Origin: Mobula hypostoma
Taxonomy: Eukaryota
Length of the DNA stretch: 64,000 nucleotides
Reading direction: 5' to 3'
Assembly: GCF_963921235.1 (NCBI RefSeq)
Contig: NC_086097.1
Coordinates: forward strand, 199,146,001-199,210,000
The position numbers and the translations under genes were made by a program. Positions 48,205 to 60,334 of this stretch are shown piece by piece; within the stretch, counting starts at the first letter, position 1; every line of letters begins with the position of its first letter. The notes beneath the pieces were generated by a model. That model was not told the origin of the DNA. It searched no databases and saw nothing but the letters and a program-made list of their open reading frames with translations.

Positions 48205-50173
48205 ACTCCATATATCTGGAACTGGGAATTTGGTTGTGTGACGATAAGTACTGAACAGTCCTTAACACATTAATGTTTGTTTCCACCTGAATCATTTGAT
48301 TGACAGTTTGGTAAAGCTGTAACGAGAATTAATGTTGGAAGCAATTATTCTTAAGACTGGTTATCAAAAAGGGTTAACAACTAAGTACATAGCATGAGAT
48401 GCATGGAAAAAGCATATAATAAATATGAGCCAGAGAAATATTGAAGAACTTATATAGACCTGATCAATGATAACAACATAGCAAATGGTTGAGGAAGGTA
48501 CAATAACAACTTTCAAAAGACATTTGGACAGGGACATGGATAGGAAAGGTATAGAAGATTAAGGGTTGAACACTGGCATATGGGATTGAATTGGATGGGA
48601 CATCTTGATTGATGTGGACAAGTTGGGCCAAAAAGTCTGTTTCAGTGCTGTATGACTCCTGAATGTGCCAAAATTTATTGATTTCTGTTTTGAATTAACT
48701 CCAATAATTGATGCTCCACGGCCCTATGGGGTAAAGAATACCAAAGATGATCTCCCCTCAAAGTAAAGGACTTTTTTCCTCATTGCAGTCTTAAACTTCA
48801 ATTCTTTGTTTTGAGACTGAAACCCACTTCTAGACACTTTAACCAAGGAAGGGTTCCTCTGCACATAACATGTGGGCACCTATCGATCTTTTGCATGTAC
48901 AATGAGGCCACCTTTCAATCTACATTCCACTTCGAGACCAGGCACACTCAGTCTCTCCATTAAGCCAGGAGCCAGTCTGGAAGAATTCTATTTCACATCC
49001 TTTAACCAAAGTACATCCTGATTTAGGTAAAAAGACCAAGATTTTAATCAATAGTCTTAACAAGATCCTATGTAATTGCAGTCAGATACCTTTACTGTTG
49101 GACTCCTGCAATAAACTTGTGAGTAATAGCCACAATTCAGAAAACAAGTAAAGGATAAAGAAAAATTGATAAGCTTTAAAATGATGAGAAGGTACAATCA
49201 GCATTGCTGGGTGACGTAGTTGACAAAATTGCTGCCTCACAGATCCAGTAACCTAAGTTCAATCCTGACCACCAGGGCTGATATATGGACGTTTCTGAAT
49301 TTGCACATTCTTACTGTGATTGTGTGGAATTCTTCCTGGTGTTCCAGTTTCTCCACACATCACAAAGGCACTTGGATCGAAAAGTTACTTGGCCAAGGTA
49401 AATGGTTAAATGGATTCTAGTGAAGAGTCATAGTTATAGAAACCTAGAGCACAGAAACAGGCCTTTCAGCCCATCTAGGCCATGCTGAACTATAAATCTG
49501 CCTAGAGCCGTTGAAATGTACCTGGACCATAACCCCGCCCCACACCCCCGCGACTCTTGCCATCCATGTACCTACCCAAATTTATCTTAAAAAACCCACA
49601 TTCCTCACTTGTGATGGCAGCTCGTTCCACAGTCTCACAACCTTCTGAGTGAAGATGTTCCCCTCATGTTCCCCTTAAACATTTAATCTTTTATTCTTAA
49701 CCGATGACCTCTAGTTTTAGTTTCACCCATTGTCAGTGGTAAAAGCCTGCTTGCATTTAACCTATCTATACCTCTCATAATTTTGTATACATTATGGGAG
49801 TTCCAGTCAATATGTGGAAAGTTAACACATAAATTGGTAGAATTGATTGGAATATGAGGAAATTAGATAGCTGGAAAAATTAATGGGGGAATGGGATTGT
49901 CCTGTGCCCTGGCAGGGCTCAATAGGCTGAATAGCTGCCTTTTCTGTTGTACATGCGGGAATATAAGGAAACTGATTTCTCTAATCCAAAACAAGGAGGC
50001 ATAAGATAGGGACTGTGTACTAGAGAACACATTTGTCTCCACATACAGACTTACACTGCAGACACGTGGTCAGTACCTGTGCCCCTGAACGGAAAGTTGT
50101 ATGCTTTTGGTCAAAGGTTCTTGCACTAGATACCACACTTTCACTTCAAAGAGGACATCATTAACACCAATCA

Positions 50174-50370
50174 TAAACAAGAGCAAATCTTCAGATGCTG
50201 GAAATCCAAGCAACACACACAAAATGCTGGAGGAACTCAGTAGGCCAGGCAGCATCAATGGAAAAGAGTATAGTCGATGTTTCAGACCAGGACCCTTCAT
50301 GAAATATCAACTAAACTCTTTTCCGTAGATGATGCCTGGTCTGCTGAGTTCCTCTAGCATTTTGTCTGTG
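50174..50370 (-). mobile_element. Fold-back Penelope 3'-end mini-element
   Basis: Arms ~50216-50283 and ~50300-50370 are inverted repeats. The centre carries atgaagggtcctggtctgaaacatc on the minus strand. Confidence 0.8.
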
Positions 50371-51504
50371 ACCCTTTGTTGAGTTTTGTCAGTGTCTGAG
50401 ATGATGAGTTATGGAGTTTACATATTCAGAACGTATAAACTGAGCCAATCAAACAATCACACAATAGTTCTACAAAATTCAGGACAAACCCAGGGCAGAC
50501 TATGGTTGCCAGTGAACATGCTAACTCACGTTTTATTTGAACTCAGCATGGTAATGAATGCAAGGATGTGGCTCATCTGGAATACTACCCCTTGACTACA
50601 CACCAGCAAGTGATAATAAAAACTAACAGTTCAGATAACAGACTCAAATTTCTCTACACAGTTGAGAATATGTGTAATCCACAGCTACATGAAATAATGA
50701 CACAACATTTGTCTATTATTATCAGGTTTAAATGTAATAATGACGTGGATCTATGTCCACAGTTTCAATAACATTTTGCTTTCCAGTAGTAATTTCAAAA
50801 TATGAGAATTAAATATATTGAATTCTCTATCTCTGAATAACTCACTGTTGTTAGCAAGCTATTAGAACTCAAACACTAATCCTAAATGTCATAAACTTAT
50901 TCATTTCCATAGATGCTACTTGACCTGCTGAGTTCTTCTAGTATTTTGTATGTGTTACTCTGGATTTCCAGCATCTGCACAATCTCTTGAGTTTATAAAA
51001 TTCAGATTTTGTAAGTTGGCACATTTTACCATAAAGTTTCAAATTGATCTTTCAGATGTGATTATTGAATAGTTTAATCTGATATTGTTAATACTTTGAG
51101 AAGTTCCCGACAGCTTTTAATTCCTGATACGCTAATTCACATTCAAAGAGTCTTAATCTCCAATCTATAAACTAAATATATAGTAATCTTGGGCAAATTA
51201 TTGCCGAAGATAACTTTAAAAGTTGAGGCAATAATTCATAAAAAAAGATCACTTATTGTGAACAAATTCATATTTTTCCACTTGTCTGTTCAATGACAAA
51301 GCTCCAAGTACAAAAAGTCCCCTCACAAGTATACCCACTGCTAGGCAGAAAAGAAATGTTTTACGAATTATATTTTGTTTCCAATCATTATATTTAATAA
51401 ATCTGTCTGCAGCAGGCCACTAAACATTTTCTTTGTCCTTGAAAAGACAATGTAAGCCAAAGAGGTAAGCTGTAGTATAATTTCTGGCACTACACATAAA
51501 CATT

Positions 51505-51699
51505 GGGGTGTAAGGAGTGTCTAGGGAGTGGTAGCACCTCTGGTGAAGGAGCTTGCTGTGTCCATTCTGGGACAGCTCACTCACCTTTGGTCCCAACCAG
51601 ACACTCTTCTTTCACCTGTGGCTCCAAGTAGCTGCTTGTATGTGACAGTGGCCACACCCCGGTACATTGCTCAGACAGGCAGGCTTAACCAGGTGAAGG
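51505..51699 (+). ncRNA. HDV-like self-cleaving ribozyme (predicted nested double pseudoknot)
   Basis: P1 GGGGTGT 51505-11 / ACACCCC 51654-60. P2 TTCACCTG 51611-18 / CAGGTGAA 51690-97. P3 GGC 51620-22 / GCC 51651-53. P1.1 CC 51624-25 / GG 51661-62. J4/2 GGCTTAAC with candidate catalytic C51684. Confidence 0.72.
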
Positions 51700-51986
51700 T
51701 AGCTGGTGGCCTCACACCCTGGTGAGATAGGGACATGCTTGTCCTAGCATGTAAAGTCAGTTCCAGCGAACTGGCAGATGAGATCTTCAGTGTGATCCAA
51801 CGGTCAGGAAGGCAGCACTGTAACACTCAGTGGAGAGTGAAGGGCATGATGAGGTTCAGACGACATCATAATCATCCACTGCAACCAAGGAAGACCCTTG
51901 TGATGCTTGTTTGCAATGGCTTTTTCACTTTAAAAACACTCCTTCATGGGTTTTTCGGTCATCATCGAATATGATGCACAACCACC
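51505..51986 (+). mobile_element. Non-coding short retroelement headed by an HDV-like ribozyme
   Basis: Perfect TSD ACACATAAACATT(G) at 51492-51505 and 51987-52000. Short (CAC/CAA) tail. No Pol III B box or coding remnant recognised. Confidence 0.8.
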
Positions 51987-52039
51987 ACACATAAACATTG
52001 TCATCATATCATCAGTGAAATCTCTTGAACATTTCAATG

Positions 52040-53125
52040 GTTATAACTTACAAATTTGATTGGGTTCTTCTGAGGAGCTAACAAAAGTGATTGATAAGAA
52101 TGGGGCAGTGGATTTTGTCTACAAGCATATTAATAATACACTTAGCTGCCTCCTGATTATCTGATCCAGAAGTTTAAGATTCATATTAGTTGGTAGTATG
52201 TGTTGTGTTTCAGAAATGGCCTGCTCATGTAAGACAGGGGGTTGTGGGAGGAAATTCTGGCTGGAGATATGTAGCCAGTGGTGTTTCATAGGGATCAGTA
52301 TTTGGGTGAAGACATGGCTAGTAAGTTTACAGGTGACAAAAGATTAGTGGAGTACTGGGTAGTGAGTGCCATCAAAAGATACAACAGAATATAGGTAGAG
52401 AAATGGCTGATGGAGTTTAATCAGAGCATGTGTAAGGTGTTACACTTTTCGAACGAAAGCAAAATATTTACAGGAATGATATACAGAAGGATCTTAGGCT
52501 CCAAATCCATAGGTCATTGAAAGCTACCATACAAGTAGATAGGGTGGTAGAGAGGGTTTATGGCATGCTTGCTTTCTTTGGTAGGGGCAATTCTGATTGC
52601 CTCATTACAGGGATGCAGCAGTATCAGATCCTGACAATCTCATTATAAGAAAGACGTGGCAGCATCAGAACAGGTGGAGAAGAGGTTTACTAGGGTGCCG
52701 CCTGGATTAGATGGTATGAGATTTGAGAGGCTGGACAAACTTGGGTAGTTTTCTCTAGAGCATTGGAAGCTGAAGGGAATCTTGATAAACATTTCTAAGA
52801 TCATGAGATAAATAAATAGGGTGGACAGTCAAAATATGTTCCCGTGGTAGAAGACATGAAATTAAGGGGGGTGTTAATCAAAGGGGGGGGGATAGAGTAT
52901 CCTTTTTAATATGGTGATTGGTAGTTGCATGGAACAATCTGCCAGAGATAGTGGCAGCAGATAAGATAGTTTTGTTTAAGAGGTTGTTAGATACACGAGT
53001 ATATAGGGAATGGAGTGATATGGATCACATACTGTACAGGCAGATTAGTATCAGACTACCTTGGCATCACATTTGGCACAGACATCAGGTCAAAGGGCCA
53101 GTTCCTGTGCTGCACTGTTCACTTG
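52040..53125 (+). mobile_element. Degenerate CR1 3' half
   Basis: gccagtggtgtttcatagggatcagta, agtttacaggtgaca, VVAWNNLP and tail aaagggccagttcctgtgctgcactg. Confidence 0.75.
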
Positions 53126-54649
53126 TTTATGTCTATTTCTTTTTTAATTATCGTTCCTTTTTTTATTGGCTTGGGGCTGCTGAGCCCCAGAGCCTTGCCT
53201 GAGAACTTGTACTGGATATTCGACCACAAAGTCAATGCATATATGAGAGATCAGACTGAGCTTTAACTCCTTCTCCAGTTTCAAAGGAAACTTTTTTTAT
53301 TCTTGCATTTTTGGAAAGAGCAAAAACAAATGTAATTTGATAGATGATTATAATGTAGAACACAATAAGGTAAAGAGTGTTTTTGTGTGCATCAGAGACT
53401 ATCATTGCCAACTTGACCAACAGCAATCAAACTTTGAGGATAAGAATAAAGACAGGTCAGGCCCATTTTTTTTTTCTGCGTATGAAATGCATGCTGTGGA
53501 TTGAAGGTTTGTCAATGTTTTATAATTAACTGTGGACAGAATTTAAATATATAAAATAATTCTATCACAATTCTGTCTGTGCACATTCTTTTGGGCATAA
53601 GTCACAGTCTTATTTTGTATGTTTGTACTGCAATTCAATTGACTTGCTGTTCGTGGAAAGAAAACGCCATAATTTTATTCAATCCCTAAAGGTTCCTTTG
53701 GAGAGAATTTCTGAACTTTAACTATATTAAAGAGAAGCTGTTGTGGGAATTGTAATTACTTAGCTAATATTTGTCTGGAATAGCTTTCAAAAGATTTGTC
53801 TGAGTAATTCTGTTTATGAGATTTATTTGATTTTTAGAGGAGCAGTTTATTTTTTTGCAGGGACAAAAACCTCAGAGCACATCCGCACTACAAAACCAAA
53901 GTGCAACAGCTGTAACAAAAAAACATAAACATATTCAGTGCTTATTCCTAAAATATTTAACTGACACTTGATGTGTATAGCACTTAAAATTCAGAAAACA
54001 CTCTTCAAATGGTTCACTTGAGTGCTATAATATAATGAATTACTCCACAAACTGATTTTGTTTTTTCTGAGGAGGCACTCTGTACTACCAATTGTTTTCT
54101 AGATACTCACAAGGCTCTGTCCATCTGTTCTTGTTTGGTTTATAGTACAAGTCTTGATGTCTGTAAATGCTATATCAGATGTATGCAAATTGCCATTGAG
54201 TGATGAAACCTGTTGCAGCTTGCTGCAAGTTAATAGTGTAAAGGTGGCATCTGGGCAACAGTGAAATGCCAAACTCATTAAAACCTTCCAAAAATAGGTG
54301 AATGTAGTTCCAGTTCCATATTGCATTCTCAAGTCACCCTGTATTCAGATAACTAGGTAGCAGTTTCTGAAAGAAATGATATTTATTTCAGTACTTTAAA
54401 GTTGAGTCTACATGGTATTTGTATCAAGTAGCTAAACGTCGATGGTTTTGTTTCCTACCTATCACCTGAATTTGCCAGTTCTTTTTTTAAACTCACATCA
54501 AATCCGTTAGAGTGAAGGGAAAGGCTGGCAGGATTATTGAACCCTGGTTGGTGTGGGTAATCGAGGCTCTAGTCAAAAAAGAAAGGAGGCATATATCAGG
54601 TAGAAATAGCTGGAATCAAGCAAGTCCCTTGAGTATAAGGAATATAGTA

Positions 54650-55239
54650 ATATTCTGAGGTCTTTGTCGGTCAGAATTGAACATGGATATCGTGTCCTAG
54701 CTGTCTAGATATGCAAGCCTGGGCAGTACGATATGGAAAGCAAACTGTTGCCCATGTAGCAAGCTCCCCCCTCCATGCATCTGATGAACCCAAAGGAATG
54801 GCAGAGACCAATACAGTTTGGTGCCAGCAGCATCGCAGGAGCTGCTAGTCAGCATTGACCGCAATGAAGGACTGCCTTATGGACTCCAGCTCTGGATTTT
54901 TCCCATGGGATTTACTCCTGAAACCTTCCCCAAGAGTGGGTATAGCCGCAATCAGCAGAGTTTGAGATCAGAGTTTTCCTTCTCCTAGATAAGCTGCCAA
55001 CCATAGCTGACGAGCCCCATCTGCCTGAAGTGACTGGTTTTAAGGTGCCAGTAACTGCTGCCATTGCCTCTTCCAGTAGAAAATGTTCCACCGGGCTTAG
55101 TAGCTAAGCTACACATGAAGGTCAGGATCTGGACTTGGTTGTCAAAGGCTATTTGAGGCGCACACCATTGGGAACATTTAATAGGTAGTAGGAGCTTGTC
55201 CCTATTACCACCCCCCGGTGATAACAATCTTATGGAGCC
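54650..55239 (-). mobile_element. Non-autonomous element resembling an RTE 5' UTR (same family as 8165-8718)
   Basis: 7-bp TSD TATAGTA (54643-54649, 55240-55246). The minus strand starts GGCTCC and carries ggggctcgtcagc...tctaggagaaggaaaactctga. Confidence 0.75.
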
Positions 55240-56731
55240 TATAGTAGTAGAACACTTTAGAAGAAAATCAGGAGGACCTATAGGAACATGAGTTGTCCTT
55301 GGCAGATAAGATACAGATTAATCCTAAGTGATTCATAAACCATATTAAGAGCAAAAGGTTAGCTAGGGAAAGTCCAATTAAGGGTCGGTGTGGTTACCTA
55401 TCTGTGGAGTCCTGAGAGATTAGGCATGGTTTTAAATAAATACACTTCATCTGTATTGACTGTGGAGAATGCTATGAGGAAGTTCATTGTTTTAGGGAAG
55501 AGAACAGTGGTGCTCTGAAATATATTGACATTACAAAAGGGCAGGTGTCGATGGCTGTGAAGCATATAAAGGTGAATAAATCTTTGGGCTTGATCTAGGA
55601 CACAATGGAAAAAAGCTGGGGCTCCAGCTAAGGTTTTATATCTTCATTAGACAGAAGTAAGGTACCAGAAGACTGGAGGATAGCTAATGTTGTGTCTTTA
55701 TTTAAGAAGGGTCGCAATGATAGGCCAGAAAACTACAGGTTGGTAAGTCTAGCATCAATGGCGAGAAAGTTACTGAGGTGTATTATGAGACGCAGGATCT
55801 GTCTGCATTTGGAAGGCAATGATTTAAATAGTGATAATGACAAGGCTTTGTGCAGGGGAAATAGCACCTCACATGCTTGATTGAACTTTAAATGAAGTAA
55901 CTGACAGGATTGATGAGGACTGGGTGACACATTTTCCCTACGTGGACTTTAGTGAAGTCTTTTGCAAGAGCCTGCATGATAGGCTACATGGAAGATTGTA
56001 TCACAGGAGATCCAGGCTGAACAGGCCAAATCGATACAAGTTTGGGTTGGTGGTAGGAGTGAGAGGGAGGTATTGGAGGGCTGTTTATCAGATTGGAGGC
56101 CTCTGGCTAGTGGTTTACCTCAGGGATCAGTGCTAGGTCCATTGTCACATATAAATAGTTTGGATGAGAATGTAAGTGGCATCATTAGTATGTTTGACAA
56201 GTATAGTGGACAACGAAGAGAAAGATGCAGTGGTATCCAGATCAATGGGGAAAGTGGGAAAGAAATGGCAGATGGAATTTAACTCAGTCAACTACATAGT
56301 GATGCGTTTTGGAACATTAAACCAGAGCAGGACATAGTGAATGACTAGGTTTTGGGGAGAGCTGTAGAATACATGGACTAAAGGGTACAAATAGATAGTT
56401 TGATGGAAGTGATAGCACAGTCAGACAGAATGGTGGAGAAGGCCTTTGTTAATCTGGGCATTGAGCAAAGAGTTGGGATGTCATATTACAGCTGTGCCAA
56501 ACGTTGAAGAGACCACAGTAGGAATCTTGACTGCAGTTGTCACCTAGCTATAGGAGGGTGTAGCTGAGTCAGAGAGGGTGCAGTAAATATTCACGGTGTG
56601 TCTCCAGGACTGGGAAGCTTAGTTTATAAGGAGAGATTGGATTGGCAATGTCTGTTTCGCCAAGAACGAAGAACACTAAGGTATGGCCATGTAGAGATTT
56701 ATAAAATTGATGTGTAGGGTAGAGTAGATAG

Positions 56732-57266
56732 CAATGCTCTCTATGTGAACCAACTATTGTTCTGAGCAGGAAATTTTTAGATGGTCTGAAAGCTGAGTAG
56801 CACTTTAAATGTTTTTTTTCTAATATGCATGATATGAATATTTGTAAAAAGTAAGTCTTTCACATTTTGTAAACTTTTAAACATAGACAGCGTCAGCGTT
56901 CAGTGGGCCAGTGATTTATTAACCATGAGCTATCAACTTCCGCTCTGTGTTTATTGTTACAATTTGTAACAGTGTTGTACTTGAAACACTGACAATGTAA
57001 ATACATTGAAGCTTTAAAATGTTTCAAAGTAAAGGTTGTGGTACATTTATTATTTAGAAAATTTATGGATTATTCTCATTAACATGTAACTAATTACATA
57101 ATATTTCACAATTATATTAACAGATTTTAAAACTATATTAGCATTTTCAAAATAATATGAAGACATATAAAAGAAAATTCCAGCTGTGCAGCAACAAAGT
57201 CTATGTGTGAGGGAGCCTTTCAGTTATTGTGTGGCTGCTCACCCACGCACCTTAGAGGGAACAGTG
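56732..57266. mobile_element. hAT-superfamily MITE
   Basis: Perfect 8-bp TSD GTAGATAG (56724-56731, 57267-57274). Eroded TIRs CAATGCTCTCTA and TTAGAGGGAACAGTG. AT-rich interior. Confidence 0.82.
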
Positions 57267-60200
57267 GTAGATAGTCTTTTCCCAGGGTAGCAAACTCCAA
57301 AACTACAGGGAATTAGTTTAAGGTGAGAAGGCAAAAATCTAAAGGGGACCTGAGGTGCAGGTTTTCACCATACTGGTGATGGGGTTATTCAATGAGCTGT
57401 TGGAAGAGGCAGTAAAGTAGGGTACAGTTGCAAGGTATACATTAAGATATTTGGACGACTACATGGATGGGAATGATTCTGTTGGATCTGGGCCAAATGC
57501 AAGCAAATGGGACCAGCTTAAGCAAGGCACCTGAGTTGACATGGACTCAAAGGCCCATTGCTGTGTCGTACAACTGTAATTCTATCTCCTATGTGCTGTT
57601 CTTTGTGGGGCTAAGGTAGTGAGGCAACATCAGTCATGAGAATCATACTGGGCAGCTCTTTGTCTCCAGGCCTTGCAGCAAATAAAGGATGGTCAGGATT
57701 GACGTCTTGGACGCACAGGAAGTAACCTGCCAGGTGATACCACCTGAAGATGATTCACCCTAACATTCAAGTTCATCTATGTGCAGAAACAACAGGTTTC
57801 CAAGATAATCCCTATTATATCTATTGTTGGTATTTTTAAAACACTTCAAAGTTACTCAAGAAAGTCTCTGAATATTTATGTCTGCTCATTCAAAAAATGG
57901 CAAGAAATATCTAGCAAATACATCAAACTCCAGTGCAGAGCTTTATTATGCACACAAAATAATTATTTGTCCTCATCAAAGATTTCATTGCTTTTATCAT
58001 GGATGCCTTCCACGAACCAAAGTATTAGGCTGTGATTACTCTAAAATAAGCAGGATATGAGGTAGAATAGAGAAATGCTGAGACAGGACGGTGACGAAAG
58101 TAGACTAGTAAAACACTGGTTTAAATATCATTATGTAACTGCCAATTTGTTTTATTTTGATCAAGTTATGCCTGATTTTGCTGTGCTGATGTAACATAGA
58201 TGAGGGTGTGTCTTTACCCAGGTTAGCAAAGAAATCAACTGACATGCAATAGAAGAAAGTCAGTCATAATCTAAATGAGGTCCCAGAAGCAGCAATTAAA
58301 AAATCCATAAGTGGAATGTATTAAAGGCAACCTTCTGAAATATCTGAAATATGAAAGGCTAAGTCTCTACTATCCAGGCCTTTTGTTGAAATAAGGGTGC
58401 TTTCACTATTGCTCATGCCTTTGTACCACAATTTATGGATTGTATAGTACTTTGTCCATTTTAACTTAATTTACTTCATCTTAGGTTAGCCCTTACGCAT
58501 GCTACATGTAAAATTATGTGCAACATTGCTCTGGCTTTTGTGATATTGTTTTAATAATTTAGTATTTAGCATAAAAAAAATAATAAAGAAACAATAATGC
58601 TCAGATCTGGCACTCTTCTCATCTGGAGTTAATCTTAAACTTGCTAAATCTCCTCCTTAGGGATGGTCGCATCTGTTACCCACAGAGTGAAAAGAGAAAT
58701 CTGTTGGAATAAGGAACATGAGGGATGATAGGCATCACACAATCTGCAGCTCAGCACATGCGTACGTGTATGTGATTGCACGTATGCCAATTCTTTAAAC
58801 TTTACTTAATTTCATAAGCCATTAGTCACGGTCATTGACATGATAGTAATAGTAAGTAAGAAGCAAACACACGCATGTCTGTGCATTCAGGAAGCAGGCA
58901 AATTAATGCTAGAATTCCAATATTTCTTTGTTATGCTGTACAAGATCAGTTAAGTTGAAAAGATTCAGTGGAGTGAAAAGATCTGTTAGAAAGGTAATTA
59001 CTAACGTGAGGTGAGTGGGTATAAGTTATTATTTGACAGTTTTAATTGTTACTTTAGCAAACATTCATCTTTTAACAATCAAATTCCTAGTAACAATGAA
59101 AGTACTAGGGATGGATAGGATTTTCAATGGTTAGATATTTTGAATCCTCACTACTTAAATTTAAATTCACTACTAGTGCTGCCTGTATTGCTTTAGAAAG
59201 ATTTGAATCCCAGATGAAAAGTCAGAAAAATGAAGGGGAAGCTGAACATGTTCAGGACTTTTATCCAACTCACAACTACACCTCCACTAGATGTCTAATG
59301 GTAGATGAGCAAGGAACACTTACAATTAAACATAAGGAAGAATGCAATGCATTCAGTACCTACTATTACTGCTCATCCCTTACCATTGGATCAGTCCTGA
59401 TCAACAAAATCCCTGAAACCTGAAGGTACGCTCATCTTCCAGGCCACATCCTTCGGATACCAAAAAGCGGCCGGTCGTGAAGCCCTGAGAGCGGGTCCCA
59501 TTCCTGCAAAGAACCAAAATCAGAGTGTAACTCTAGGCCAGGGTCTTCAAAAGTCCCCCCACACCCTGAAAGGGAAAAAAAGAGATATTAAAGATAGAAA
59601 TAAAGCTGTTTCTGAAGATGAAAGCAAAGGAATTGCCATTTAGTGCCTCTCAAATTCACCCTGCCTTGCTGGGAATTCATCAACTTTGTCAAAGATATTG
59701 ATAATATCTTTCATTAGCTGCAGCTGACTTCTCCAGGATGAATGCATGATTGCCACTGACTGTTGACAGTGACTCCACTGATCCACTGGTGTAGAAGAGT
59801 GAGAAGGTGAGAAGGAACTTGATTAATATAGATAAGGGGTGTTGACAGCATAGAAGCGGAGAGAATGATTCCTCTTATAGGAGAACCTAGAAAGTAGGGA
59901 CATTCACTTAAATCAGAAGTGAGGGAATTATTTTCCTCTTGTCATGTGTCTTTAGAACTCCCATCCTCAAAAGTAATGGGAGCAGTATTTTTGAATCTTT
60001 ATAAGACTGAAGTAAAAATAATTCTGATAAGAAAGATGAGGAAACGTCACCTCAGGTAGATGGGGATGCATTGAGGTTATAATTAGATCAATCATGATTT
60101 TTACTGAATGGCAGAAAAATGGCTCCTGTATCTCAGCAATCTTCCCCTGCTCCTAATTTGCATGTTTGTATGGGAAGAAATGAACCAAACTTTGATCTCA

Positions 60201-60334
60201 GAGTTCAATGAAGCTGAGAACAAGTTTCACCTTGAAACAGTCACCATGTGGAGCAGATACAAGAACATAATGTATTTTTAACTGTTTACATTAGTATAGA
60301 TACTTTTTTTTCCTCGCAATATACAGACAGCAAA

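Larger units (their letters stand above)
54535..57590 (+). mobile_element. Degenerate CR1 with two nested insertions
   Basis: SLFKKGRNDRPENYRLVSLAS, WRPLASGLPQGSVLGPL and tail at ~57540-57590. Confidence 0.8.

Noticed and set aside
53850..53920. Plus-strand splice acceptor TTTTTTTTGCAG with a possible exon
   Set aside because: No convincing donor or recognisable peptide. Such motifs are common in AT-rich DNA.
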